Source: Okamejei kenojei (Eukaryota). Taken from it: 64,000 bases of DNA. The stretch is from positions 2,542,001 through 2,606,000 of the forward strand of contig CM069154.1 of assembly GCA_035221665.1 (NCBI GenBank), read 5' to 3'. Position 1 is the stretch's first letter, and each line of letters starts with the position of its first letter. This document shows, piece by piece, positions 1-10,559 of the stretch. The notes beneath the pieces are model-generated. The model searched no databases, was not told where the DNA came from, and saw only the letters and a list, made by a program, of their open reading frames with translations. The position numbers and the translations under genes were made by a program.

Positions 1-215
1 ACTCAGGGCTATATTTTGTACTCGTGGACATTTTTCAACATGCTGAAAAAAAACGTCCCGACTTACCTGATGCCCCCAGTACCTACGGCTGGCATTACGA
101 GCCGCTACGAAGTATCTGTGGACCATAGGAGTCGCTACGGACATTCTCCGAGTTTGAATCACGGGGAAAACTCGGGAGAATTCGTGAGTAACTCGGGAAA
201 GTGGGACCGATGCTT
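1..215. mobile_element. Right part of a MITE (PIF/Harbinger-like), related to 48780-48975
   Basis: Shares GTGGACATTTTTCA.CATGCT.AAAAAAAAC and the terminal GAAAGTGGGAC with the MITE at 48780-48975; left end is outside the window. Confidence 0.45.
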
Positions 216-238
216 TAGTATTTATTCAGCAACTGTAC

Positions 239-440
239 TTGTTCTTCAGGCTGTTGATCTCCTGGTAGAGTTTTGGGTCGTTCCATTCATAGGTGGCGAT
301 TTGATTGCTCTTCATTCCAGCGAAGGCGTAGATGATGTGTGTGCAGAGGCAAGGGTCCACGTTCTGGGGCATGTATTTACCCTCTCCTGGTCTGTACTGC
401 GCCCAGTTGGTGAAGTAACACACCAGCCTGTAGGCAGAGC
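239..440 (-). CDS. chia: Chitinase gene A (GH18, CHIA-like), coding exon 3 (202 nt)
   Basis: Encodes GSAYRLVCYFTNWAQYRPGEGKYMPQNVDPCLCTHIIYAFAGM...EWND...LKNK; AG acceptor at 441-442, GT donor at 237-238; 202 nt is the conserved vertebrate GH18 exon size. Exact paralog identity not resolvable. Confidence 0.95.
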
Positions 441-529
441 CTGGGCAAGGGAGAGACAGGGCGGTCAGGACAATGTCTCTGTGGCACTCACACAAAGCAA
501 AGCAAGGCTACAAATGCACAAAGACTCAC

Positions 530-559
530 CCAGTTGCAGGCAGGCCAGTAAGACCACCG
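530..559 (-). CDS. chia: Chitinase gene A, coding exon 2 (30 nt, signal peptide)
   Basis: ttccag|CGGTGGTCTTACTGGCCTGCCTGCAACTGG|gtgagt; joins exons 1 and 3 in phase to give MAKLLLGTAVVLLACLQLGSA. Confidence 0.9.
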
Positions 560-609
560 CTGGAACAGAAAACAGAGAGCAGCATGTTAGGATTACAACA
601 AACCGTAAT

Positions 610-745
610 AAGTCAGGGATTACGGGGAGAAGACAGGAGAATAGGGTTGAGAGGGAAAGATAGATCAGCCATGATTGAGTGGCTAGAGTGCACTTGATGG
701 GCCGAATGGCATAATTCTGCTCCCATCACTTATGAATTTATGAAA
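610..745 (+). mobile_element. CR1 LINE 3' tail fragment
   Basis: GATCAGCCATGATT...GGGCCGAATGGC tail, as in the other CR1 copies in the window. Confidence 0.7.
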
Positions 746-820
746 CCTTGGCTGCATTACGGCCTCTACACAATGACACTGTTATATAAGTGGTTGGGAA
801 ACTATGAAGATCTATCTTGT

Positions 821-1218
821 GGGCGGCAGGGTGGCGCAGCGGTAGAGGTGCTGCCTCACAGCGCCAGAGACCCAGGTTCGATCTTGACTATGGGTGTTGA
901 ACGTGTGTGGAATTTGTACATCAACCCTGCTATGCTTACTATTCTAGTATAATTAGATAGTTCTGTTTCTGGTACAAATGACAATAACACACCCTTAACT
1001 CCCTCTCCCTGTGACCATGTGGGTTTTCTCCGGGAGCTCTGGTTTCCTCCTAAATCCAAAAGATGTGAGGGATTGAAGGTTAGTTTTCCTTCTGTAAAAT
1101 TGCTCCTAGTGTGTAGGGAGTGGATGCAAAAGTGGGATAACATAGAACTAGTGTGAAGGGCTGAACAATGGTCGGCGTGGACTCCGTGGGCCGAAGGGTC
1201 TGTATCTCTAAACTAAAC
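821..1218 (+). mobile_element. tRNA-derived SINE
   Basis: A box GGTGGCGCAGCGGTAGAG, B box GGTTCGATC, CR1-like 3' end and (CTAAA)n tail. Confidence 0.8.
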
Positions 1219-1622
1219 CTTTCCTATCCATGTACCTGTCTGAATGTCTTTTAAATGTTATTATACTTGCCTCATCTCTGGCAGATCGTTCCATATACTC
1301 ACCACCCTCTGGGCAACAGGTTAGAGTCATAGAGTCACAGAGTCATAGAGTCAAACAGGCCCTTTGGCCCAATTTGCCCATACTGACCAAGATGCCCCAC
1401 CTAAGCTTGTCCCAGTTGCCCCTGGATTCACCTTTAAATCTTTTCCCACTCACCTTAAGTCAATGCCCCGTAGTTTTAAACTCCCCTTCCCTGGAGAAAG
1501 GCAGAGACCATACTTCAAATCTCTGCCCCTCGTGATTTTCTAAATGTCTCTGAAGATTTTCACAGAGTGCTGGAGTAATTCAGCGGGTCAAGCAACTTCT
1601 CCGGAGAGAAGGAATTGGTAAC

Positions 1623-2067
1623 ATTTCGGGTCCGTTGGAAAATACAAAATACTAAGAAACTACAAACTGCAGAAGTTGATTTACTCCAAAGATAGACACA
1701 AAGTGCTGGAGTATCTCAGCGGGTCAGGCAGCATCTCCGGAGATAAGGGTTGGGTAGAATTGAGACGCTTCTTCAGACACCTTTATAATTAAACTTGAGA
1801 AACAATTTAATCTGTTCTCATCCTCATTTAATTTCTAAACCTGATTTCGGGTCCGTTGGAAAATACAAAATACTAAGAAACTACAAACTGCAGAAGTTGA
1901 TTTACTCCAAAGATAGACACAAAGTGCTGGAGTATCTCAGCGGGTCAGGCAGCATCTCCGGAGATAAGGGTTGGGTAGAATTGAGACGCTTCTTCAGACA
2001 CCTTTATAATTAAACTTGAGAAACAATTTAATCTGTTCTCATCCTCATTTAATTTCTAAACCTGATT
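1623..2067. repeat. Direct tandem duplication, 221-bp unit x2, in chitinase A intron 1
   Basis: ATTTCGGGTCCGTTGGAAAATAC... starts at 1623 and at 1844; no mismatches seen by eye. Confidence 0.9.
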
Positions 2068-2120
2068 CTTTCAAAAAGCATTCCTATATCAAAAGGAATT
2101 AAACAGCAAAAGGCTCTTAC

Positions 2121-2145
2121 CTGTTCCGAGAAGTAGCTTTGCCAT
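2121..2145 (-). CDS. chia: Chitinase gene A, coding exon 1 (25 nt, MAKLLLGT)
   Basis: ATGGCAAAGCTACTTCTCGGAACAG|gtaaga; 25-nt first coding exon as in vertebrate chitinases. Confidence 0.9.
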
Positions 2146-2180
2146 CTTGTTACTGTTGCTGACTAGACCTGAGCTGCCTC

Positions 2181-2302
2181 TTTTATACAATGAGTTTATC
2201 GCAAACAATAATCCAATCTGTTTGTCGTTCCCTTTATCGGTAAGAAAGGGCAGTCGCGATGATCCTCCTGCTATTTACAAATGGAAAATAATAGTTCTTA
2301 TC
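2181..2302 (-). promoter_or_regulatory. Chitinase A proximal promoter
   Basis: TATAAAA at 2187-2181, about 35-40 nt upstream of the ATG; GATAA motifs near 2197, 2235 and 2300; Fox-like TGTAAATA near 2275. Confidence 0.65.
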
Positions 2303-2414
2303 TTGACTTCAATATTTTCTCTTCAATAATACTTTGTCCCCTGTTCAATGTCATTCAGATTGTTCACCTTCATTTTCACCTCAAGACTGTTTCTGAACCT
2401 GATTGGAAATTACT

Positions 2415-3360
2415 TAGAAACATGGAAAATTGGTGCTGGAGTAGGCCAGTCAGCCCTTCGAGCCAGCACCGCCATTCAATTATGATCATGGCTATTCGTC
2501 CACAATTAGTACCCTGTTCCTGCTTTCTCCCCATATCCCTTGATTCCATTAGCCCCATGACCTAACTCTCTTAAAAACATCCAGTGAATTGTCCTCCACT
2601 GCCTTCCGAGGCTTAGAATTCCACAGATTCATAACTCACTGGGTGAAACAAATTTTCATCATCTCAGTCCTAAATGACCTACCCCTTATTCTTAATCTGT
2701 GACCCGTGGTTCTGGACTCCCCCAACATCGGGACATTTTTCTTGCATCTTGCCGGTCCAATCCCTTAAGAATTTTGTATGTTTCTGTAAGATCCCCTCTC
2801 ATTCTTCTAAATTCCAATGAATATCAGCCTAGTTGACCCATTCTTTCACCATATGACAGTCCCGCCATCCCAGGAATGAACCTGGTGAACCTACGCTGCA
2901 TTCCCTCAATAGCAAGAATGCCCTTCCTCAAATTACGAGACCAAAACTACACACAATACTTCAGGTGTTACCATGGCCCTATACAACTGCAGTAGGACCT
3001 CCTTGCTCCACTTCACAAGCCCTCTCGCTATGAAGGCCAACATGCCATTTGCTTTCTTCACTGCCTGGTGTACCTGCAAGTTTACTTTTAGTGACTGGTG
3101 TACAAGCACACCCAGGTCTCATTGCACCTTCTCTTTTCCTAATCTGACAACATTCAGATAATCTACATTCTCCCCATAACCTCTGACACCTGTACAAATC
3201 AACAATCTATCCATCGACCTGGCCTCCACAGACAGCCTTCCGTGGGAATGAATTCCACAGATTCACCACCCTCTTACTAAAGAAATTCCTCTTCATCTCC
3301 TTCTTAAAAGCTGCCCTTTAATACTGAGGCTGTGACCTCTTGCCCGAGACTCCCCCGCTT
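2415..3360 (-). mobile_element. CR1 LINE 3' fragment (degenerate RT C-terminus)
   Basis: Homologous to the CR1 ORF2 end (QQAVKKANGMLAFI...) seen elsewhere in the window. Confidence 0.85.
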
Positions 3361-3620
3361 GTGGATTACGTGCAGGCTGAAGAGATTAACTCAACTTCTC
3401 AGCATGATGATCAACATCATGTTCAGCACGGACATTGTGGGCCGAAGGGCCTGTACCTGTGCTGCACTGTTCCATGTTCTGTGTTACATCGTCTTCTCAA
3501 TCACAGTGGAGTGGGTGGGTGGCCAGAGCGAGACGTGGTGGAGCCACAAGCAGGATGTGTGGGGCGCCTGGTTGGCCGCCGGCAGCTGGGGTGGCGTTGT
3601 TCTTGTTAAACGTTAACGGC

Positions 3621-3757
3621 TGATGCAACGACACGTTTGGCAGAGGGTGGAGAGGTCGCGGCTGACTCCGGCCAATGCTCCGTGGGAGCCAGTGATTGGT
3701 TGAAAGTACGTGAGCGCAGGCAATGAAGGTGAGGAGAAGCCGGGAGTAGGTATAAAA
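3621..3757 (+). promoter_or_regulatory. Promoter of Ig-gene copy 1
   Basis: TGATGCAAC 3621-3629, GACACGT 3630-3636, CCAAT 3672-3676, ERSE (reverse CCAAT-N9-CCACG) 3681-3699, TACGTG 3707-3712, TATAAAA 3751-3757; conserved upstream of all three copies. Confidence 0.7.
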
Positions 3758-4367
3758 GCCTCGTCACCCTGTGTGGAGACTCCGGAGCTGGTAACCACCC
3801 CTGTGGATCCTTCAAGTGCCTGTGAGTGATGGGGGTGGGATTGTCTCTGTTCACTGTTCCCCCAGTTCAGAAGCCTGACAGCAGAGGGGAAGAAGCTGTC
3901 CTGAGTCTGGTGGTGCGCGCTTTCAAGCTTCTGTACCTTCTGCTAGACAGGACTAGGGAGAAGGAGGAATGACCGGGGTGGGACAAGTCATGGAGTCATA
4001 GAGTCATATAGCGTGGTCTTTGGCCCAACTTGCCCGGCCCACCAGCTTGTCCCATCAAAACTAGACCCACCTGCCTGCCTTTGGCCCTAACCCCTCTAAT
4101 CCTGTCCTATCAATGTACCTGTCTAACTGTTTCTTAATCATTGTGATAGTACCTGCCTCAACTACATCTCCTGGCAGCTCGTTCCAAACAACCTCCACCC
4201 TTTGTGTAAAAAAATCACCCCTCAGTTTCCCATTAAATCTTTCCCCCCCTCACCTTAAACTGATGTCCTCTGGTTCTCGATTCCCCAACTCTGGGCGGGT
4301 TCAGAGAATGTCATCATGAATCCTACTGAGTTGCAATAAGGTGACCCATTGTTTCACCCACAGGAAC

Positions 4368-4895
4368 ATGGGACTGCAGAGATGGATAGGGTTCATGGTC
4401 CTTGTGGAGATGGTATGGCAAGTCTCCGGAACTGGAACAGATTCGATCTCCACAGAATGGGAAGAGGAAGCAAACTTGTCCGGGTGGAACGCACGGGCTC
4501 CTCGGCAAGTCAGCAATGAACAGCTTCCAAGATGCATGGACAAGCCAAGTTATGCCGGTCATCACCCTTTAATCATTAGTCTGCAGGTGGTCGTTGTGTC
4601 TCCGGGTGGTTCTATTACGCTGCCCTGTAAAATATCCAAGCATTACAGTAAACCTAGACTCGTCACATGGAAAAGAAATGGTGTTGCCATTGCCACGTAT
4701 CACGGTTGGTTTTCAGTGGGATATCAGGGATCTTATCCCCGCTGGAAGTTTGTGAATGACAACGTGTTCATACGTCGGGACGCCTCGTTGGTTCTGTGGG
4801 GGATACAAGAGAAAGATGCCGGGACATATACCTGCATTTGGTCCACTTCTCATCATGGAAAATGTCATGTATTGACCTGGCTGAAAATAGAGTGA
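4368..4895 (+). CDS. Predicted secreted single V-type Ig-domain prepro-protein, copy 1 (175 aa)
   Basis: Acceptor TTTCACCCACAG|GAAC ATG G (strong Kozak); hydrophobic N-terminus MGLQRWIGFMVLVEMVWQVSG; RAPR; Ig-V motifs GGSITLPC, VTW, DASL.L, D.GTYTC, TWLKI; no TM segment. Confidence 0.8.
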   Translation: MGLQRWIGFMVLVEMVWQVSGTGTDSISTEWEEEANLSGWNARAPRQVSNEQLPRCMDKPSYAGHHPLIISLQVVVVSPGGSITLPCKISKHYSKPRLVTWKRNGVAIATYHGWFSVGYQGSYPRWKFVNDNVFIRRDASLVLWGIQEKDAGTYTCIWSTSHHGKCHVLTWLKIE

Positions 4896-4957
4896 AACCT
4901 CCCATTGATTCAGCGGGGACCATCCCAGGGACGGTAGCAAAGTTTACCTAAACCCAC

Positions 4958-5482
4958 GTGTTCTACCGTTTGCGAAACACTTTAACTCCCCCTCCCATTC
5001 CCACACTGACCTTTCTGTCCTGGGCCGCCTCCACTGTCAGAGTGAGGCTGAGTGCTAATTGGAGGGACAGCACCTCAAATTTCACTTGGGCAGCTTATAA
5101 CCCGGTGGTTGGAATATTGGCTTCTCTAACGTCAAGTAACCCTTGCTTCCCGTCTCTCTTTGTCCCTCCCCCACCCTAGTCCTCCAACCAGTCTGTCTGC
5201 CTGATTACAATTTTTCTTTTAATACTTCATTGTCACCTTCCCCAGCTAACAATGATCAATTCTAGATGTTCCTTGAACATCGCCTCCTTTGATGTATAGT
5301 GTTCACACCTTATCTTTCCATATCTCTATATCTCCCTCTCCCCTGACACTCAGTCTGAAGAAGGGTCTTGACCTGAAACGTAACCCATTCCTTCTATCCA
5401 GAGTTGCTGTCAGTCCTGCTGAGTTACTTCAGCATTTTGTGTCTGTCTTTTGTGTAAACCAGCATCTGTAGTGCCTTCCTAC
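4958..5482 (+). mobile_element. Penelope-like element 3' fragment
   Basis: Decayed GIY-YIG C-terminus-like sequence (HFNSPSHSHTDLSVLG...QSEA) followed by the GAAGAAGGGTCT.GACC.GAAACGT tail. Confidence 0.55.
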
Positions 5483-5499
5483 CCAGTAGCAAAGCCTAG

Positions 5500-5830
5500 T
5501 TGAATTTAGGTTAGTTTAGTCCTGAGGTGCAACAGGGAAACAGGCCCTTCAGCCCACCGGGTCCGTGGAGACCAATGATCATCCCATGCAATAGCTCTAT
5601 CCCACACTCCAGAGACAATTTACACAGGCCAATTAACCTACAAACACGCACGTCTGGGATGTGGGAGGAAACCAGAGCACCCGGAGGAAACCCACATGAT
5701 CACAGTGAGAACGTTCAAACTCTGTACGGACAGCACCCGTAGTCAGTATTGAATCTGAGTCTCTGGCGCAGAATTGAATCTGAGTCTCTGAATCTGAGAG
5801 GCAGTAAATCTACCGCTGAGCCACCAGGCC
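5500..5830 (-). mobile_element. tRNA-derived SINE
   Basis: Reverse complement of the SINE family at 821-1218. Confidence 0.7.
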
Positions 5831-6206
5831 GCTAAGAAGTCGGGGGCAGGTCAGCACAAACACAATAACATCCGTTATCATAAACGTAACACGCTGAGAC
5901 CAAGCCCAGATTTGGAACTGGGACGAAGGTTTAAGGTGATCGGGGCAAGGTTTAAAAGGAACCTAAGGGACAACATTTACAGTTAGAGGGTGGTGGGTGT
6001 ATGGAACGAGCTGCCAGAGGAGGTAGTTGAGGCTGGTAATACAACAACATTTAATAGACTGATGAGTGGGTAGATGGACAGGAATGGTTTTATGGGGATG
6101 TGGGCCAAATGTAGTGAAATGGGATGAGCTTAAATGGGGTATATGGGTCTGCATGGGCGAGTTGGGCTGAAGTCCCTGCTTCCGTGCTGTATGACTTTAT
6201 GACACT

Positions 6207-6450
6207 AAGTAGGGAATAGTAAAGGTATAAAAATGAGCAGCATGGAAGGTGTGAGCGTGGATCGCAGGCAGTGAGGAGAACTGACCCTGCTTGCACCAGT
6301 AAATGTACGATTAATGGAAATAAACTCTCTTATGTTTGCTGGTGTGAGTGATTCTTTGTACGCCAGCATGGAGCTGAGTGTGAACTTTGTGCAACTCCTG
6401 CTCACTACGGGCAACATCACCAGATTAAGTGTCATGGAGTTGCCTTTAAA
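6207..6450 (+). other. Conserved 3' block of the Ig gene with putative poly(A) signal (copy 1)
   Basis: Block repeated at about 36758-36970 and 45576-45830; AATAAA at 6319, 36872 and 45688, with GT-rich sequence after it in copy 1. Confidence 0.55.
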
Positions 6451-6760
6451 TTAGTTTAGTTTAGTTCTGTTTTGCTTAGAGATACAGCGTGGAAACAGGC
6501 TCTTCGGCCCACCGAGTCCCATCCAACCAGTGATCCCCCGTACACTAGCTCTAACCTACACACTAGGGACAATTTACTGAAGCCAATTAACCTGCAAAAT
6601 CTGCACGTCTTCGCAATCTGAAAGGAAACCAGAGCACCCGTAGGAAACCCACCCGGTCACAGGGAGAATGTACAAACACCGTACAGACAGTACCTGTAGC
6701 CACAATCGAAGGCGGGTCTCTAGCGCTGTAAGGCAGCAACTCTACCGCTGTGCCACTGTA
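6451..6760 (-). mobile_element. tRNA-derived SINE shared by all three duplication units
   Basis: Same insertion, same flanks, at about 36970-37275 and about 45830/47696-47975. Confidence 0.8.
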
Positions 6761-7517
6761 CCACCCATGCATTGCCCTCGTGCATTGTTAAGGCTGCTGA
6801 TTAGCGTCCAGTTTTGACCCTCGTCGGGAGTCAATTGTGATTGAGTCAAGGAGCCTGCTTACCTCCGTATGGAGTCTGGTCTTCCAGTTAAAGACCCACA
6901 CTACCCTGGCCACTCTCTCTTATCACTACTACCAAAGGGAAGGTACAGGAGCATGAGAACCGAGACCTCCAGATTCAAGAGCAGCTTCCTCCCTGCAAGC
7001 ATAAAGTTGTTGAACCAGCCTGCGCATCGCAACCACAATCCAACGCCACCCACCTGATCCCTACACAACCACGATGGACATTGCACCACTGGTGATGCTC
7101 CACGTACTTTGTCTTGTACTCTCATGGTCTGAGACCTTATTGTGTACTTATGGTGTAAGTATAAAATCATAATAGGCTTGGGTAGACAGTGGAGGGCTGC
7201 CACTACAGAGACATCCAATAGACCTGATAGAATTATATAAAATTATGAGAGGCATAGAGAGGGGAGATAATCAGAACCAATTTCCCAAAGGCTTTGCAGA
7301 GGGTGCAGAATAGGTTTCCCAGAATGATGCCAGGATTGGAGGTTGTTAGTTTGAAGGACAGGTTGGATAGTCTTGGATTGTTTTCCCTAGAACTTCAGAT
7401 GTTGAGGGTAGACCTTTTTAGTTTAGTGTAGAGATACAGGGTGGAAACAGGCCCTTCGGCCCTCTGGGTCCGTGCCGACCAGCGATCCCCGCACATTAAC
7501 ACCATCCTACACCCACT

Positions 7518-8021
7518 TGAAAGAGTAAAAGTCATTATAAAGTATTGTAGGTTACAAAATGTACTCTGCTTATAGATTTAGAAGTATACAAAATGGGTGC
7601 CCAGCCATTGCCCTAGAGTCTGAACTTTCAGCTAAGGAAATGTGCAAACACTCAAGGTCAGAAGCAAACAGCTTGAATCTACAGAGATAAGGAATGCTCC
7701 TTCCTTGGTCATAACCATATATGAACAAAAGCTTTTCTGAAATCAGAAGAAACAATAGAGCTTTCATATTACCATATATGGACATGGTGGGACTCTGTGC
7801 AAGAATGTTCTATAAGATAAAGAATTGCTGAATTGCTGACTGATTTGGGTATATGTTTTGCATCTTTGTCTGGAACACAAGCAACTCTGTGTCTCTACTG
7901 TCGCACTCAGAGTTTCCTCCTACATCTGCCTGGCAAAATAAAGATGTTAATAAAGTTAGTAATAAGCAGTAATGTCTTTATTTCGTGTGGCTGTCTGTTT
8001 GAAGTGTATCGAACTTTAACA
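7518..8021 (+). mobile_element. 5' LTR of an endogenous retrovirus
   Basis: TG...CA ends; TATAA at about 7811, AATAAA at 7937; interrupts a SINE; followed directly by a PBS. The start coordinate is less certain than the end. Confidence 0.7.
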
Positions 8022-8022
8022 T

Positions 8023-8040
8023 TGGCGTAGTCGGCAGGAT
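8023..8040 (+). promoter_or_regulatory. Primer binding site, tRNA-Ser
   Basis: TGGCGTAGTCGGCAGGAT is the reverse complement of the 3' 18 nt of vertebrate tRNA-Ser (ATCCTGCCGACTACGCCA). Confidence 0.9.
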
Positions 8041-10390
8041 GTCACTGGAAACTATCTCTGGAGACTGAGTAAGAGGCTACGGTCTGGCCGTGACCTTGAA
8101 GGGAGTAGAAAGTGCACTATCAGATCCATTGAGTCTGAACTCCTGAGAGTGCCCGGGAACACAGTGGTCCCTCATCTGAGGTTGATCTAGTTCCCTGCCG
8201 AGAAACTTGACAGACAACATAACGTAAGACATTTTTGTTGATTGAGACTCGGGAACAAGTGCTCCAGTACCTAGATCGTAAATGGCTCCTGTGGGTCGAG
8301 GTTGCAGATAAACTATCTGTGGAAAATGTTGTTGATAAAGAGCCGATATGGAGATGAATAATGGGACAGGCTCGGGATAACAGTGACGTGGGAGCTCCGA
8401 GCTTCCGTACAACATATGTGTTATTTGGATCCGGGAATTTGGATCCGGGAAAACGTAAAGATTACATGATGATCAGGTGAAAGGATTTAAAAGAAAAGAG
8501 AATACAGTTAGCCTATAGAATAATAAACAATTGGTAATGCAAAAATGGAAACCTAAGCAAAATATCCACGGGGACCCCTTATCTGGCATGGAAACCCTGT
8601 TTATAGAGGTGGGGGATGAGGAATTGATTCAGGGGGAATAAGGAACAAGTTCGAGAATGGTGTAGACCACCACCCCATATGCACCCACCCCCTGAAGAAA
8701 ATGAGTGATAGCGACTCGGAAACTGTAAAGGAAGATGAGAAGGAAGAAGGGAATGGGCTGAGGCAGAAGAGGAAGGTTGTGCAGTAATTGAATCCATCAG
8801 TATAGATTGATTACTCCACACTAACCAATTGTAGTGCTTTATTTGGATCTGGGAGAGTGATTCCCAGACTTCATGCTGAGGTGTACTGTAAGTGATCTTT
8901 AATAAAATTATGTTGTACTACATTATGCGAATAGTACTACATTATACATCATTTACAATCAGTGAGAAAGTGAAACAAAAAGAGCAAAGGAAACACAAGG
9001 CCAAGAAACAACAGGAGACCACAAAGATAATACCAATGACAGCACTGCCAAATGCATTGGCTGAACCCGGACCGAATGGTCCGCCGGCAGTAATGCATGC
9101 ATACAGCCACTGGAAGCTGCAGGAGGTGCTGTTGATCTCTTAAAAATGCCCCAGACTGAATTAAAGATCTACCAGGATTATATTGCAGTCAACACTGACC
9201 ATGTATGAGGCAGCTGTGAGGGATGTGTTTGCCCGAACGTCCCCCATCCTAAATCCCACTGAGGGGGCACGATGGAAGGCCCTCTTGAGTGCCGCAACTT
9301 GGGCGGCTCTCGAGGCACTGTACCCGGATGACTCCGCAAGAATTGAGGCGGTGCTTACTGCCCTGACTCAATGCCTGAAACGACCTATTGATATAGACAA
9401 AGTGATTGAATGCAGACCCTTACCCTAGGAATCAGCGCATGATTTCTGGAAGAGAATTACGACAGCGTATCGTACCTTATGCAGGAGACGAGAACTTTAA
9501 CCGCGAACCAACAGTCTGCAGAGTTTAAAACAATCTTGAACAACTTAAGACCCTAAGGCTGCTCCACGGCTCAGCGGCGATACAGTGTGCTGATGGCCTT
9601 CTGTTTGCAAGTACAGAGATAAGGAGAATGCTGAGGACACTGATGAGCTACTAAAACCTTCCACTGCTGGGGTTACATTCTACCCAAAGGAAAGGTAGTC
9701 CGGGGCATACGCAAGTAAAATTTATGGTATATTGCTCAGTGCTACAGAACGAGCATTGACACCCACCCGGATGGATCCCATTGTGAATCACACCAGCCCA
9801 ACCACCCCTAAACAGATGAGGGCTTTTCTGGGCTTGGGTTAAATTCTGCCGGCAGTGAATCCCGGACGTGGCATTATACATTAAACTTCTGTCGCCCCTT
9901 GCCTCTGCTAAGGCACCGCAGCAATTCACTCTCTCAAAGAAGACTTTCACAATTTAAAAACAGCGCTGCCTACTGCACCAGCCACTGGTCGCCCCTTCCA
10001 GCTATGTGACGAACCTACTGCAAGCCTTAGCCCTCCCGGTCCACCAGCCATTATTAAGTGTAATGCCCATACGAGTGGCCATGACAAAGTCTCCCAAAGG
10101 AATGCCCTAGCTGACATTACTGCCCACACAGCAACTTGCAAATTCTGCACATTGGTCCCCACAGAACCATAGATTCTATTAGACAGAACGGCTCTGCCAC
10201 ACATGGGTGATGTAAAGTTAATGCAGGGGGACGCCTCTGCCGTGCAACGTGATTTTTGGAAATGAGAGTGTTCCTCTGTTGGCTCTTTGACGGGCCTCTG
10301 GCTCACCCCTCTCGGACAGGTTTGTGTACCTGATGCTTTTCTGTCCGTTCTTTTACACTATATACACTCCCTTACGCATGCTGGTAAGGA
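8041..10390 (+). mobile_element. Decayed ERV internal region (gag, deleted pol; no env or 3' LTR seen)
   Basis: Capsid-like IDIDKVIECR..ESAHDFW; RT MRAFLGLVKFCRQ.IP; RNase H IIKCNAHT...NALAD; integrase N-terminus HYIHSLTHAG. Confidence 0.75.
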
Positions 10391-10559
10391 GGGAAGGGAA
10401 TGTGGAATGTAGCTTACACTTTGAAGCTTTTATGAAATGGCCGTGTCTAAGAGGGAGGAGTTGCAGCAGCAGCAGCAGTAGAGAGAGAGAGAGTGTGGAG
10501 TGGGATACCAGGGATGTGTAAATGTGCAATTTGGGTCGAGACCGTTCTTCAGTATGCGT

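Noticed and set aside
821-900. tRNA-like sequences
   Set aside because: They are SINE heads followed by SINE body and tail, not tRNA genes
4341-4367. ORF-track start (MTHCFTHRN) for the Ig proteins
   Set aside because: GTG start lying in the intron, upstream of the conserved acceptor; ATG 4368 has a strong Kozak context and opens the signal peptide
6205-6435. Minus-strand ORF with a hydrophobic, GPI-signal-like end, present in three copies
   Set aside because: Length, internal indels and stop differ between copies and no upstream exons were found; better explained as the antisense of the duplicated 3' block
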